Made by a program: the position numbers and the translations under genes
Origin: Prorocentrum cordatum
Taxonomy: Eukaryota
NCBI GenBank assembly: GCA_963575745.1
Contig: CAUYUJ010000161.1
Span: 1-64,000 of the forward strand
Direction: 5' to 3'
DNA length: 64,000 nucleotides
Shown: piece after piece, positions 21,615-33,449 of the stretch
Layout of the letters: every line of letters starts with the position of its first letter
Position numbering within the stretch: the stretch's first letter is position 1
The notes under the pieces: model-generated
What the model was told of the DNA's origin: nothing
Databases searched by the model: none
The model's input: only the letters and a program-made list of their open reading frames with translations

Positions 21615-22570
21615 TATGTATGCATGCATGCATGTATGTAGGTATGTATGTGTGTATGTATGTATGTATGTATGAAAGTATGTATGTACGTATGTATGTA
21701 TGTATGTATGTCAGTCTGTATGTATGTATGTTCGTATGTATGCATGCATGCATGCATGCATGTATGTACGTGTGTACGTATGCATGTATGTATATATGTA
21801 TGTATATGTGTAGGTATGTATGTGTGTATGTCTGTATGTACGTATGTACGTATGTACGTATGTACGTATGGACGTGTGTACGTATGTATGTATGCACGTA
21901 TGCACGTATGCACGTATGTACGTATGTATGTATGTATGTATGTATGCATATATGTATGTATACACATATATATGTGTGTATAATGTGCATATATATGTAT
22001 ACATATATACATAAACACACACATATATACACATATAGGCCACCGGAGTTCCAGGTCCTGGGGGGGGCCGGCCTCATTTCTCTACGGCGGGACCGGGGCT
22101 CCAGGACCCCCCGTTCCTGGTCCAAAACGGCCTCGATGGCCTCCAAGACGGCCAAGATGACCCTTGATGGCTGCAGAAATGCTTGCAATAACGCTAAGAT
22201 GGCCTCAAGAGAGCCCTCGATGGCTCCAAGAGGTACCCTGCACGGTCCAATACGGGGACCGGATAAGTCCAAATAGCCTCCGAGGCGGCCAAGACGCCTC
22301 CAAGACATCCGTTGGGAAATCCCGAAAAAGCTAAATGAATATATTTCCGGTTGGTTTTTGAATAGTTTTGCATTTGTTTTTTTTCGGCCTGCTGACGGTC
22401 CAGATGGCGCACGAGGCCCCCAAGATCGCTCCCAGAGCACCCAAGAGGCCTCCACGATAGCCCCGTGACGGCCCAAGAAGTACCAAAAATGGCCCCAGGA
22501 GGGCCCCAAGACGGCTCAAGAGGACTCAACACGCCTGAGATTGCCTCCAAGACAGGCACGAAGCGCTCCA
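21615..22570. repeat. (TATG)n microsatellite followed by the CCAAGA-rich dispersed repeat
   Basis: Same organisation as 9225-10370. Confidence 0.85.
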
Positions 22571-22688
22571 AGCGGGCTCGAAGCGGGCTCGCGACGTCTT
22601 TTACGTGACGAACGTGAACCCACATGCTTTCGCATTGGCGCAGACAACTCATCCAGATTGGCTGGCCGAGAAAAAATCAACAATCAGC

Positions 22689-24435
22689 ATGGCCTCAGCC
22701 TTCGCTGGCGCGACGACCCAGCTGGCGCCTTCGACGCAGCGGCGGCGGCCAAGACGAACTCGGACAAGATCAACGCTGAGGCCGAAGCTCCCGCCTCGGA
22801 GTCTTAGGAGCGCCTGGGCAGACAGGGGCCCATCGAACAAAAAAAAAAAAAAAAAAAACCTTCGGGCGTTTCGGGCAGCCACCCTCGGCTTAAGGGCCAG
22901 CTCCTCCAGGGGCCCTCCCCGCGGGGAACCGGCCCTGGCTGTGTCTGCCACTATGTGTGTCACTTGATCTGTCACCTGTATCCGTCAGCGTTTTTTGCGA
23001 CCCTTCGCGCGGATCGTGATCTGCCACTATATCTGTCAGGGGGGGGGGGGCTGACAGATATTGGGCCCCGAACTCGCGCCCGACGCGCCAAACTCGCGCT
23101 CGACGCCCCGAAATCCCCTCCCCTCTCCTCCCCTCCCCCTAAATCCCCTCCCAGGGCCTCGAATCTGCTCGTCCCCATCCTCTCCCCTCCCCTCCCTCTC
23201 CCTTCCCCTCCCCTCCCCAAGCTGTGATCTGACCCCCCCCCTCCCCCCTTGAGGATCCTTGGGGCGGGGCGTGCGTGGGGTGGGGGGTGGGGGGGGGGGG
23301 GGGGGGGGGGGCGGGGGGGGGGGGCATTGCATCGCGCGGCTGTCACGCGCGCCTCTTCCGTTCATGCGCATAGCTTTAAGGCTCAAGGCTCGATCAGTGG
23401 CTGAAGCCAGCGGGCCTATCTACGACGGGCCCGAAGCGCGCCCTCGATGCGCTCCCAAAGGCGCTTGCCGAGGCGAAGGCTCAACTCGAGGCCAACGGAA
23501 AAGCCATCGACGCAGCGGGCGCCCAGAGCCTCGACAGGGCTGTCAAGGTGAAGGCGTTCAGCGCAATGAACTCTACTCTGAAGGCGAAGTTCCCTGCGAA
23601 ACACTTGGAGTACGCCGACCTCTCTTCGGACGAAGAGCGACGTTCTTGGCTCGCCAACTTCATGTTGGACCCAGCGACGGGCGGGAGCGTGGGCAAAAAC
23701 ACTGTTTCCATCGAGTCGACCGCTGCCGAGTCGACGAGGAAGGCGCGGTTGACCGTGGATACCTACGGTGGCCCACTATACCTCAACAGTGCTGCACGCG
23801 CCAAGTTGGCCGTGCAGTATTGCCCCAGCAGGCCCCACCACAAGCCGACGCTAGCAAAGGAAATGGTGCTCGAGTACGAGATCACCTTGACATGGGAGGA
23901 GTATTGTCGAGCAAAGAAGGTGAAGGCTGAGGTCATCGCTGAGGCGAAGCTCACCGCCGCCGAGGCGACGGAGGTGGCCGAGGCTAATCGAGGGCCAGCA
24001 GCAAAGCGGGGCCGCCGCCAAGGGCCAGGGCGTCGCGGAAGCCAGCCATCCGCGATCGCGGACGCCGAGCTCACTCCAGAGGATAAGGCTACCAAGGCTT
24101 CGCTGGCCAGCTGCGAGGACCAGTGCAAGAAGACCAAGCAGCTGGGCGACAAGATGCAGAGGGAGCTCAACGACGTCCAGATGGTCGAGAACAAGTTGAG
24201 AAACAAGGCCTGGTCGGCGGCCGCCCTCGAGCACCTCCAGAAGCAGACCCAGACGCAGAAGGGCGACGCGCAGCGGCTGTTTGAGGAGCTCGTCATTGCC
24301 AAGGCCAAGGTCTTCGAGTCCAACGAGAAGCGCGACGAGAGCACGGAGGTGCTCAAGGAGATCACAACTACCACCGAGAAGAACTACCAGCACTACAGGA
24401 AGACCGCGCTGGCCGACTTCGCGAAGATGGCATAG
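22689..24435 (+). CDS. Hypothetical coiled-coil protein, probably a transposon accessory gene; putative GA-AG intron 22808-23387
   Basis: The frame is open 23380-24435 with strongly GC3-biased codons and a C-terminal coiled coil. The upstream exon joins in frame (..RSLR|LDQW..). Its 3' end is co-duplicated with the transposase at 29070-29196. The 5' exon is uncertain. Confidence 0.6.
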
Positions 24436-24854
24436 GCAGCTATAGTAGGTGGGTTTGGGTAGCAAGCTGAAGCTCGGGGGTCGACGCTTGCCAGCATCAT
24501 TGTGCAAGGGCGCGCCGCAGCGAGAAGCGCGTCTATAGGGGCCTTCTGTTGCCGCACGCGCGCGCGGTCGAGACAGCACGTGGCACTCATCAAGACAACG
24601 AATCATCCATAGCACCACCTGGTCGGAGCGAAAGCTTGACTTCGTGGGGCCCATCATATCCTACCCATCTTCACCACTTGCATCACCAGCTACGCATTGG
24701 CATCGCAATCGTTGGCGTCACCTATCCAACGCATCACTTAGTATAGTGGCACTGGTTATGCCAAAGATGGTGGTCAATAGTGGTTAACGCAATGCTTAGT
24801 GAAGTCCGTGGCCGTATTAGTTGTCAGCGCAACCCCCGCACCTAGCAGCCAGAC

Positions 24855-25703
24855 ATGCCACCAAATGACATTGTCGAGCACGGTCCCCCAGATGTCCTTG
24901 CTGTGCAACAGCAGCCCACGGCAAGAGGGAGCCTCCCACTGGTGTTCGCTCGTTCGCCCAGCAGAAGTTCAAGCAGGGCAAATTGACAGCGCGAGAGAGT
25001 TTGGACCTTGTCATCGGCGGTTCGGCCAGCAGCAGCGACGAGCACCGCAATCAGCATTGCCATCGGGACCTTATGAGGAGGCTGGAAAAGGATGCCGATG
25101 CGGTTGATCCATACGAGAGCGATGTTGTGTATTGGGATAGCGAGCGACAGTGTTCGTACAGTGGCCCAGCGTACTTCATGCTTCCTTATGAGGTTATTGA
25201 GCACTCGACCGATACGGGCGAATTCACAGTAGACGAGTGGTTAAACACTGATGGATTCCAAGATGTCGCAGCCACTCGCGATGAATGGCGCGCGCGAACC
25301 GGCGTTGGTAGTTCAAAAGAATTGATTCATATTGGCATGTGGGGCGACTCGGCCCCATACAGTTCCAAAGACAGTTTGTCGTTGCTGCTGTGGAGCACGC
25401 TCGGACATCTTCGAGTGTTGCGATTTTGGTTCGTTGCATTCGGCAAGCGGCAGGCCTGTCAATGTGGGTGTCGCGGCAGTCACACGTACGATCGCGTGTC
25501 CCAGAATTTCGTTTGGGCCATGAGGGCCCACATGTCTGGAAGATGGCCAACGACAAGGGACGATGGCGCGCCGTTCAAAGACAGTCATCGGATCGGGGAC
25601 CAGGCGCGGGCCCAGCGCCGCGGCAGGCTTCGCACGAGAGGTTTCGCATGCCAAGCGCGAGGTGGTTGGGGGTGGTTTTACCAAGCGCTTGGATTGACTT
25701 CCT
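24855..25703 (+). pseudogene. 5' half of a CMC/EnSpm/Plavaka-like DDE transposase (family A, copy 1); frameshifted and truncated
   Basis: Near-identical to 29616-30483; 19-nt deletion at ~24905; similarity stops after GLTS at ~25703. Confidence 0.8.
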
Positions 25704-28157
25704 CTGCGGCCACAGGAATTCCACACGGCGTATTTGTTTTTTCCTTTGGCGGTCTACAGGACGGCGTTGCTTCCACCGGGACCGACACGGTCATCGGCTT
25801 CTACGTGTACAACATCGTAACACGTATCCGCCACTTGCGCGCGGCAGTCCGCAAGAGCGATGCTTGCAAATCCGGGTGCCGCATGTGGTGCACAATATAC
25901 GCTGTGCTGTCGATGATCCGGTGGTCTTTTTTTATCTATGCAGGGTGGAAGGTGGCCTGAGGCGCGCCCAGATGGGTCCCCATGGGGGGGCTCCGGCGTG
26001 GGCGAGGCGTCGTGCGCTGGCACCCAATTTGGGTGGCGCGCTGTTCTGTTGTTCTTGAAAGCAGACTGGAGCGAGAACGTTGGGACTATGGGATTTGCTT
26101 CTTGGCACACTGTCGAGCACCCTTGCCCGAAATGCGATTGCACTCAAGCGAAATGGAGCCGATTCCTCGGTGTCAGCCCGATGGGCGTGCCATGGGACAT
26201 CATCGCCAGTGCTGTCTACGATGGCGAATGTCGGGCATGTGAATATGACAGAGTTGTTACAGATGCTGATTTCCACGGTCGCGAGGATCTCTATTCTTCG
26301 ACAAACGTACGGATGGCAACCGAGGCAGGTGCTTAGAACGCGATTTCGACACCTTACATTTGAAGAAAGGCGATCGCATGGAACCCTGGCCCGACCTTCC
26401 GAGCACGAATGAGTTTGACATTCGTCCGAGGCCCCTCCATGTCCGTTTTTGGAGGCGGAGTAACGAGCGTCACGCCAGACATCGCAACCCATTGGTATGC
26501 GATGAGTTGTATACGAGCCCAGCAAAGTTAGTTGAATATTGGCTCCATTGTTTCTCGCTCGGGATATTTCAATTCTACATCGGTTGGCTGATGCATTCCA
26601 TCATAGAGGTGAACGGTTCCAGAATGCCTGGGACCACCGAGCACGAGATTGCGCATGGCACCGTGCAGTCGATCAAGGCTGGCATCATGGAGCGGCATGG
26701 GAAGGAGGCCAGAGCAGGTAGACAGAGGCATGCTGGGTTCGAAACACACAGGACCTCACAGTCGGCATGCTGGGTTCGAAATCCGACGGCATATCATTGC
26801 ACGGTGGCGAAACAAATGATTTCCTTGTCTTTTGCGTCGTTGTATTGCGGCAGAAAGTTCGGGCTCATTTGCCAGAGTTCCAAGCTCTCAGAGACTGGAA
26901 ACGCATTGAACATCATGTTGTCGCTGTTCCGGCGCTCCGACAAGAAGTGGGGCCTCTCAGATGTTCAGGGCCGATGGGTGCAGTGAGGTTCGCAGATATA
27001 GCCGAAAGTTAATCCTGCCTGTCAAATCGCAGCAGCACAAATCAAATCAATGAAACAAGTGCGCGGAGGAGGTGGATGGGGAGGGGGGGGAGAGGAGGAG
27101 GAGGAGGAGGAGGAGGAGGAGGAGGAGAAGGAGGAGGGGAGAGGAGGGGGAGGGGGGGGAGGAGGAGGAGGAAAACGGAAGGGAGGATGCGGATGAGGAG
27201 CTGACGGGGGGTGACAGAAACGAAAGTATGAACAACCCTGGTAACTTTCGGCATGCGTCTGATTGGACCACTGCTCTTCCTCCTCCTCCTCCTCCTCTGC
27301 TCCTCCTCTCCTCCTCCTCCCTCCCCCTGCTCCCCTCCCCCCCCCCCCCCCCCCCCCCCCTCTCCCTGACCCCCCTCCTTTTCTTCTCATTCCACGCGTT
27401 CTCCCTCCATGTCCTCGCCCTTGCGCGCCTGCGCCCCTCCACCTCCTGCCCCTCCGCTTCCACTGTCCATCCTCGTCCCCTGCATCCTGCTACACTTTAC
27501 TACTCCTGCGCCGCCTTCGAAATGGTCTGCTCCTCCTCGTCTAATCTCCCATCGCCCATAATTCCTTCTCCTTCTCCTCCTCCTCCTCGTCCTCCTCCTC
27601 CTCCTCGTCCTCCTCCTCCTACTCATCCTCGTCCTCCTTTTGTCCTCCCCCAATCCCCCTCGTCATCTCATTCTTCCAATGTGTCTGTTCCCCTCCTCCG
27701 TCTCGTTATCATCCTCGCCCTCGCCCTCCTTCTCTTCCTTTCGTTTTCGTCGCCTCATCCTCCCCCGCCTTCTCCTCATCCTTCCTCCTCCTCCTCCTCC
27801 TGCCCCCTCCGCCCCGCCCCCCGGCCCTCGCTCCCGCCCCTCCCTCCTCCGAGCTCGGCTGGCCCATCGGTCCTTCACCGGGAACTGCGTGACCAATGCA
27901 TGAGCGCACTCCGCTCGATGAGAACGCTGGGAATGCCGTTCAAACCGAAAATGCATCAGGGCTGCCATTTAGTGCCCAGCACGCTTTTGTTTGGGAGCCC
28001 ATCATGGCGGGGCAACTGGGAGGGCGAAGCATTGAATAAACCATTGAAAGCTAGCGCTTCCACTGCGCATCGTTTGGTTTGGTACAGACGTGTGCTCTCT
28101 GATTTCAGGAGCGGTTTCGGCATTGGGCGCTGTCTCCGACGTCGGAAGCGACTTTGA
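25704..28157 (+). pseudogene. Divergent CMC/EnSpm/Plavaka-like DDE transposase (family B); frameshifted, with a probable repeat-filled intron at ~26970-27850
   Basis: Motifs occur in order across frames: LQDGV, CKSGCRMWCT, GRWPEARPDG, KADW, HPCPKC, WLHCFSLG, GGET, KPKMHQGCHL, WEGEALNKPLK. The order parallels family A. Confidence 0.7.
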
Positions 28158-28260
28158 CTTGAAACAATAAGCGAGGACGAAGCGGAGCAGGGAGGGAAGA
28201 CACGACTCCTCTTCCGCCTTCTGCTCCTCCTCTCCTCCTCTCCTCCTCCTCCTCCTCCTC

Positions 28261-28293
<33 letters not shown>

Positions 28294-29069
28294 ATCCTAC
28301 TTCTCCTCCTCCTGCTCCTGCTCCTGCTCCTTCTCCTGCTCCTCCTGCTCCTCCTGCTGCTGCTGCTACTCCTCCCCCTTCCCCCTCCCCCCCCCCCCCT
28401 CCCCCTCCCCCCCCTCCTCCTCCTCCTCCATTTCCTCCTCCTCCTCCTCCCCCCCCCTCCGCTTCCTCCTCCTCCTCTGCCTCCCCCTCCTCCTCATCCT
28501 CCTGCTCCTGCTCCCGCTCCTGATCGAGTTTTTTTGATATCACCGGGGTTTCGCCCGTGCTCCGCCGCCCCGCAGATGTTGGCCACTATTGGGCGCGGAC
28601 CACGAGCAACCGAAAACGTCGAGCCCCGCCCGCCCCGCCGCCACGGCGCAACATTTCCGCGGGCCACGAGCGGCCGAGACCGCCAGATGCCTCGCCCACT
28701 CCGCCGCGGGAGGCCACGATGGGGGCCACGGGCTAGCGACATCCTCGCGGTTTCGCCCGCCCCGCCGCCTGATGCAAAGCTGCCGCGGGCCACGAGCTGC
28801 CGAGATCGCCGCGGGCTCGCCCACTCAACCGCTCCGCCGCCGCTGGCCACGATGACGGGGCACGAACCGCTAGAAACCGAGACCGTCAGCGAGATCGCTG
28901 ATATAACGTTCATAGATCGATATTCGAGCATGGCTCGATGTACTACATGGCGTCTCTACAGAGCATCCTATGCATGCGCAAGAAAGCCTCTATACTGCAT
29001 AAGTGGGCCTCTTAATATTAAGAGGCATCAAGACGCCTTTATATATGGAGAGGCCAAGAACCTCAGGGA

Positions 29070-29196
29070 GGTCTTCGAGTCCAACGAGAGGCGCGACGAG
29101 AGCACGGATGCACTCAAGGAGATCACAACTACCATCGAGAAGAATTGCCAGCACTACAAGAAGACCGCGCTGGCCGACTTCGCGAAGATGGTCTAG
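29070..29196 (+). pseudogene. 3' remnant of the accessory coiled-coil gene (copy 2)
   Basis: VFESNERRDESTDALKEITTTIEKNCQHYKKTALADFAKMV matches the end of ORF 23548-24435. Confidence 0.85.
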
Positions 29197-29615
29197 GCAG
29201 CTATAGTAGCTGGGTTTGGGTAGCAAGCTGGAGCTCGGGGGCGGATGCTTGCCAGCATCAATGTGCAAGGGCACGCCGCAGCGAGAAGCGTGTCCACAGG
29301 GGCCTTCTGTTGCCGCACGGGCGCGCGGTCGAGACAGCACGTGACACTCATCAAGACAACGAATCATCCATATCACCACCTGGTCGGAGCGAAAGCCTGA
29401 CCTCGTGGGGCCCATCATACCCTACCCATCTTCATCATTTGCATCACCAGCTACGCATTGGCATCACAATCATTGGCATCACCTATCCTACGTATCACTT
29501 AGTATAGTGGCACTGGTTATATGAAAGATGGTGGCCAATAGTTGTTAACACAATGCTTATTGAAGTCCGCGGCCGTATTTGTTGCCAGCGCAATCCCCGC
29601 ACCTAGCAGCCCGAC

Positions 29616-31355
29616 ATGCCACCAGAGGACATTGTCGAGCACGGCCCCCCAGATGCCCTTGCTGCGCTGGCACCAGAGGGCGGCGCATCAGCAGCCCACG
29701 GCAAGAGGGAGCCCCCCACTGATGTTCGCTCGTTCGCCCAGCAGAAGTTCAAGCAGGGCAAATTGACAGCGCGAGAGAGTTTGGACCTTGTCATCGGCGG
29801 TTCGGCCAGCAGCAGCGGCGAGCACCGCAATCAACATAGCCATCGGGGCCTTATGAGGAGGCTGGAAAAGGATGCCGATGCGGCTGATCTATACGAGAGC
29901 GATGTTGTGTATTGGGATAGCGAGCGACAGCGTTCATACAGTGACCCAACGTACTTCATGCTTCCTTATGAGGTTATTGAGCACTCGATCGATACGGGCG
30001 AATACACAGTAGACGAGTGGTTAAACATTGATGGATTCCAAGATGCCGCAGCCACTCGCGATGAATGGTGCGCGCGAGTGGGCGTAGGTAGTTCAAAAGA
30101 GTTGATTCCTATTGGCATGTGGGGCGATTCGGCCCCATACAGTTCCAAAGACAGTTTGTCGTTGCTGCTGTGGAGCACGCTCGGACATCTTCGAATGTTG
30201 CGATTTTGGTTCGTTGCATTCGGCAAGCGGCAGGCCTGTCAATGTGGGTGTCGCGGTAGTCGCACTTACGATCGTGTGTTCCAGATTTCCGTTTTGGCCA
30301 TGAGGGTCCACATGTCTGGAAGATGGCCAACGACAAGGGGTGATGGCACCCCGTTCAAAGACAGTCATCGGATCGGGGACCAAGCGCGGGCCCAGCGCCG
30401 TGGCAGGCTTCGCACGAGAGGTTTCGCATGCCAAGCGCGAGGTGATTGGGAGTGGTTTTACCAAGCGCATGGATTGACTTCCTGGCGCAACAGATCCGGT
30501 AACGAATACATATGCTGGCAATGTGACGCAACTGGCACTACCTTTCTCGATGCGTCCTTGCATGCGCCATGGAGGCCAAGTTGCATGAGCCACGCATGTT
30601 GGTTGGAACGACAGTTGTCTAGGAACTTGCGCGTGGCAGGGTTGTTTGCCCTGCCTGGGCTTTTGATAAAATATGTAGTTGTGGATTGGATGCGCACGGT
30701 GGACTTGGGCATAGCCCAGTACCTCCAGGGCAACATTCTCCTTGAGCTTCTAATACAAATGGGGGGAGCGCGATCACGTCCAGACCCTCAGATTTCAGAG
30801 CTGTCGTTGCTGATCAAGCAAATGTCAAAGCAACTCGGTCGTACAAACCACCCGTTCCATGGACTGACGATTGGCATGATCATCGGAAGTGCTTCGAACC
30901 CATGTTTGCGCACGAACGCAGCAGAGACACGTTGCGCTGCATCCTGCGTGCTACGTCTGCTGGACCAGTATTTCCCCCCCAGGGACCAACGGGAGACAAC
31001 TGGAGCGAACTGTTTGCGTTGGTTGAACAATATCTATGTGGAAATGGAGCAATGGAGTGCCTCTAGCCCTGCCAAGATAGCCCACGCAGCGCGGTGCCAT
31101 CAAGCGTTGCATTGCGAGTTGTACGTGTGGGGCGTCGACAACATGGCGGCCCTCGGCTATGAAGCCTACAGGATGTATCCGAAACATCACATGTTTCACC
31201 TATGCGAATCTGGCCAAAACCCTCACGATGCATGGAACTACCGTGACGAATCGGGTATAGGAGATGCGGCCAAGGTTGCAGAATCGTGCCACCCCAACTA
31301 TGTGCACAGGAGTGTCCTTCAGAAGCGTCGCCTCGACACTGTTGGTGCTAGCTGA
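29616..31355 (+). CDS. CMC/EnSpm/Plavaka-like DDE transposase (family A, copy 2), 579 aa
   Basis: Putative catalytic and structural motifs MWGDSAP, CQCGC, RGDW, CWQC, DWM(R)TVDLG (normally DxMH..LG), PKHHMFH, WNYRDE. The superfamily call is by motif resemblance only. Confidence 0.7.
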   Translation: MPPEDIVEHGPPDALAALAPEGGASAAHGKREPPTDVRSFAQQKFKQGKLTARESLDLVIGGSASSSGEHRNQHSHRGLMRRLEKDADAADLYESDVVYWDSERQRSYSDPTYFMLPYEVIEHSIDTGEYTVDEWLNIDGFQDAAATRDEWCARVGVGSSKELIPIGMWGDSAPYSSKDSLSLLLWSTLGHLRMLRFWFVAFGKRQACQCGCRGSRTYDRVFQISVLAMRVHMSGRWPTTRGDGTPFKDSHRIGDQARAQRRGRLRTRGFACQARGDWEWFYQAHGLTSWRNRSGNEYICWQCDATGTTFLDASLHAPWRPSCMSHACWLERQLSRNLRVAGLFALPGLLIKYVVVDWMRTVDLGIAQYLQGNILLELLIQMGGARSRPDPQISELSLLIKQMSKQLGRTNHPFHGLTIGMIIGSASNPCLRTNAAETRCAASCVLRLLDQYFPPRDQRETTGANCLRWLNNIYVEMEQWSASSPAKIAHAARCHQALHCELYVWGVDNMAALGYEAYRMYPKHHMFHLCESGQNPHDAWNYRDESGIGDAAKVAESCHPNYVHRSVLQKRRLDTVGAS

Positions 31356-31705
31356 CTGTAAAAAGCGGTCGGAGCCGGAGCCTGACCTCAAATTCACGCA
31401 GCTGAATGTAAACAAAAACGGTCGGAGCGGAAGCCTGACCTTAAATTCATCCACATCACCATCGTCATCACCACCCTTACATCGAGGTAAAAACCATGAT
31501 TCTGAAATGCAATGTAGTGGATCCACTACACTGCATTGCATAATCTTTTTTTGTGGCACATATCAAACCTTATAAAATTGTATAAGTTGTTGTTTGAAGT
31601 TCTTGATTTTAGGAGGTACCTGATATATTTTAGAAGGAGGGCACATTATATCAGTTCTTCTAAAGTTTTTGAAGATCGGGTGGCCTGGGCTTGTTTTTTT
31701 AAGGC

Positions 31706-32017
31706 TCCGGATTCCGAGTTCCAAATTCCGGATTCCGGATTCCCATCTAGGACCCTAGGATTCCCGATCCCCGGATTCCGGATTCGAGATTCTGGATTCC
31801 GGATTCCCGGATTCCGGGTTCCCGGATTCCGGATTCCGGATTCCCCGATTCCGATTCCAGAATCTGGTTTCCCGGATTCCGGATTCCGGAGTCCAGATTC
31901 CCGGATGCCGGATTCCCGGATGCCGGATTCCAGATTCCCGGATTCCGGATTCCAGAATCCGGTTTCCCGGATTCCGGATTCCGGATTCCGAACTTGGGAT
32001 TCCGCATTCCGGATTCA
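31706..32017. repeat. 7-8-bp tandem repeat (CCGGATT/CCCGGATT)n
   Basis: Direct reading. Confidence 0.95.
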
Positions 32018-32044
32018 CGTTAGAGCCTTTTTGTTTTTTAATGA

Positions 32045-32400
32045 CCCAGGGGGGTATCTAACATGCTTGCCCTGAGCTGGAACCATGTGTTTCCACGTGT
32101 CCAGCCAACCCAGGGGGATATCTAACTGGTTGTCCCGAGCTGGAACCACGTGGTGTTATGCGTCCAGGCCACCCAGGGGGGTTTCTAACATGATTGACCC
32201 GAGCAAGGACCATGTGTTTTAGCGTGTCCAGGCTACTCAGGGGTGTATCTAACATGGTTGTCCCGAACTGGCGCCATGTGTTTTTACGTGTTTAGGTCAC
32301 CGAGGGGGAATATAACATGGTTGTCCCGAGCAAGGACCACGTGTTTTAACGCGTCCAGGCTACCCAGGGGTGTATCTAACATGGTTGCCCAGAGCTGTGT
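32045..32400. repeat. ~63-bp minisatellite, ~6 copies (GGGGTATCTAACATGG..CCCGAGCTGGAACCACGTG..)
   Basis: Units start near 32052, 32113, 32177, 32240, 32304 and 32367. Confidence 0.9.
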
Positions 32401-33449
32401 CCAGATGTTTTTGTCCCGGGAAGGGCGTGGGCCCAGAGTTCTCTTTCGCGCGGCGCGTCCCTTGGCACGTCCCAGGGCACGTCCATTGGCACGTCCCGTA
32501 GCGTTTCCCCTTGTCATGTCCCGCGGTGCGTCCCTATTGCACGTCCCCTGGCGCGTCCCTTGGGACGTTCCGCGGCGCGTCCCCCGAGAATGTCTCCCTG
32601 CCAATTCGCTCTGGGGCAGCTACTATGTGCTCAGGCAGTTCGAGCTCAAGATCCAGATGAGTTTGGTCAGGACTCGGATGCAAAGGAGTACTCGATCCAC
32701 AACGCTATAGAGCACAATCGCGGCATGGCACATCGCAATTCAGCACGGCGCAGCACAGCACAGCCCTTGGCACGGTGCATCCAGATCGACACATTCAGCA
32801 TTGCAATTGCCCGTCGCCCAATCAGGTGTCTTGAAAACGTCGCCATGCCTCACAGTTCTAAATTCCTTTCCGGGTTCGTGGGTCGATCGTGTTTCAATTC
32901 GCGGTATTGGCTTCCGACGCTCCAAGATGTCCCCAGAGGCCCCCCAAACCGCCCCAAGACGACCCAAGGCCGCAAGACAGTCCAAGAGGGCCCTAAAACG
33001 GCCCAAGACGCGCCCAATATCGCCCAAGAGGGCCCCAAGACGGCCCCAAGAGGGGGGGGGACACGAACCGACAATTCGAGCTTTCCACCCCAAGAGGCCT
33101 CCTGGAGGGAGGCCTCCAACGGGCTCCGAAGGGAGCCCAAGAGGCCCCGCAGAGGCCCCACGAGGCCCCTAAGAGGCCAAAAGGAAGCCCCCAGAGGGCC
33201 GCAAACGGCCCCCGGGAAGCTTCCAAAATTGCCTCCAAGAAGCCAACTCGCAGCTCCAATGCCATTTCGCTACATCTGCACCAAGAATAGCATCAGGGAT
33301 AGCGCTTGCAGAAAAAACATTGGAGCGGCTGGGCACGACTGTGTTATGTTATGTGCCAGCGAACCCACCCACCCACGCAGCCACATAACGCGCGTTACGT
33401 GGTTTCCAAAAAACTTGAGCTCTTATCTACAAGGAAAAGGGATGGAGGA

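Noticed and set aside
23368..23387. Degenerate DinoSL (..tagctttaaggctcaag)
   Set aside because: Only the last 8 nt match well, and the site works as a splice acceptor for the accessory gene.
32045..32400. CRISPR-like arrays (also the 42-bp and 90-bp repeats)
   Set aside because: These are full-length tandem units without unique spacers, in a eukaryotic context with no cas genes.
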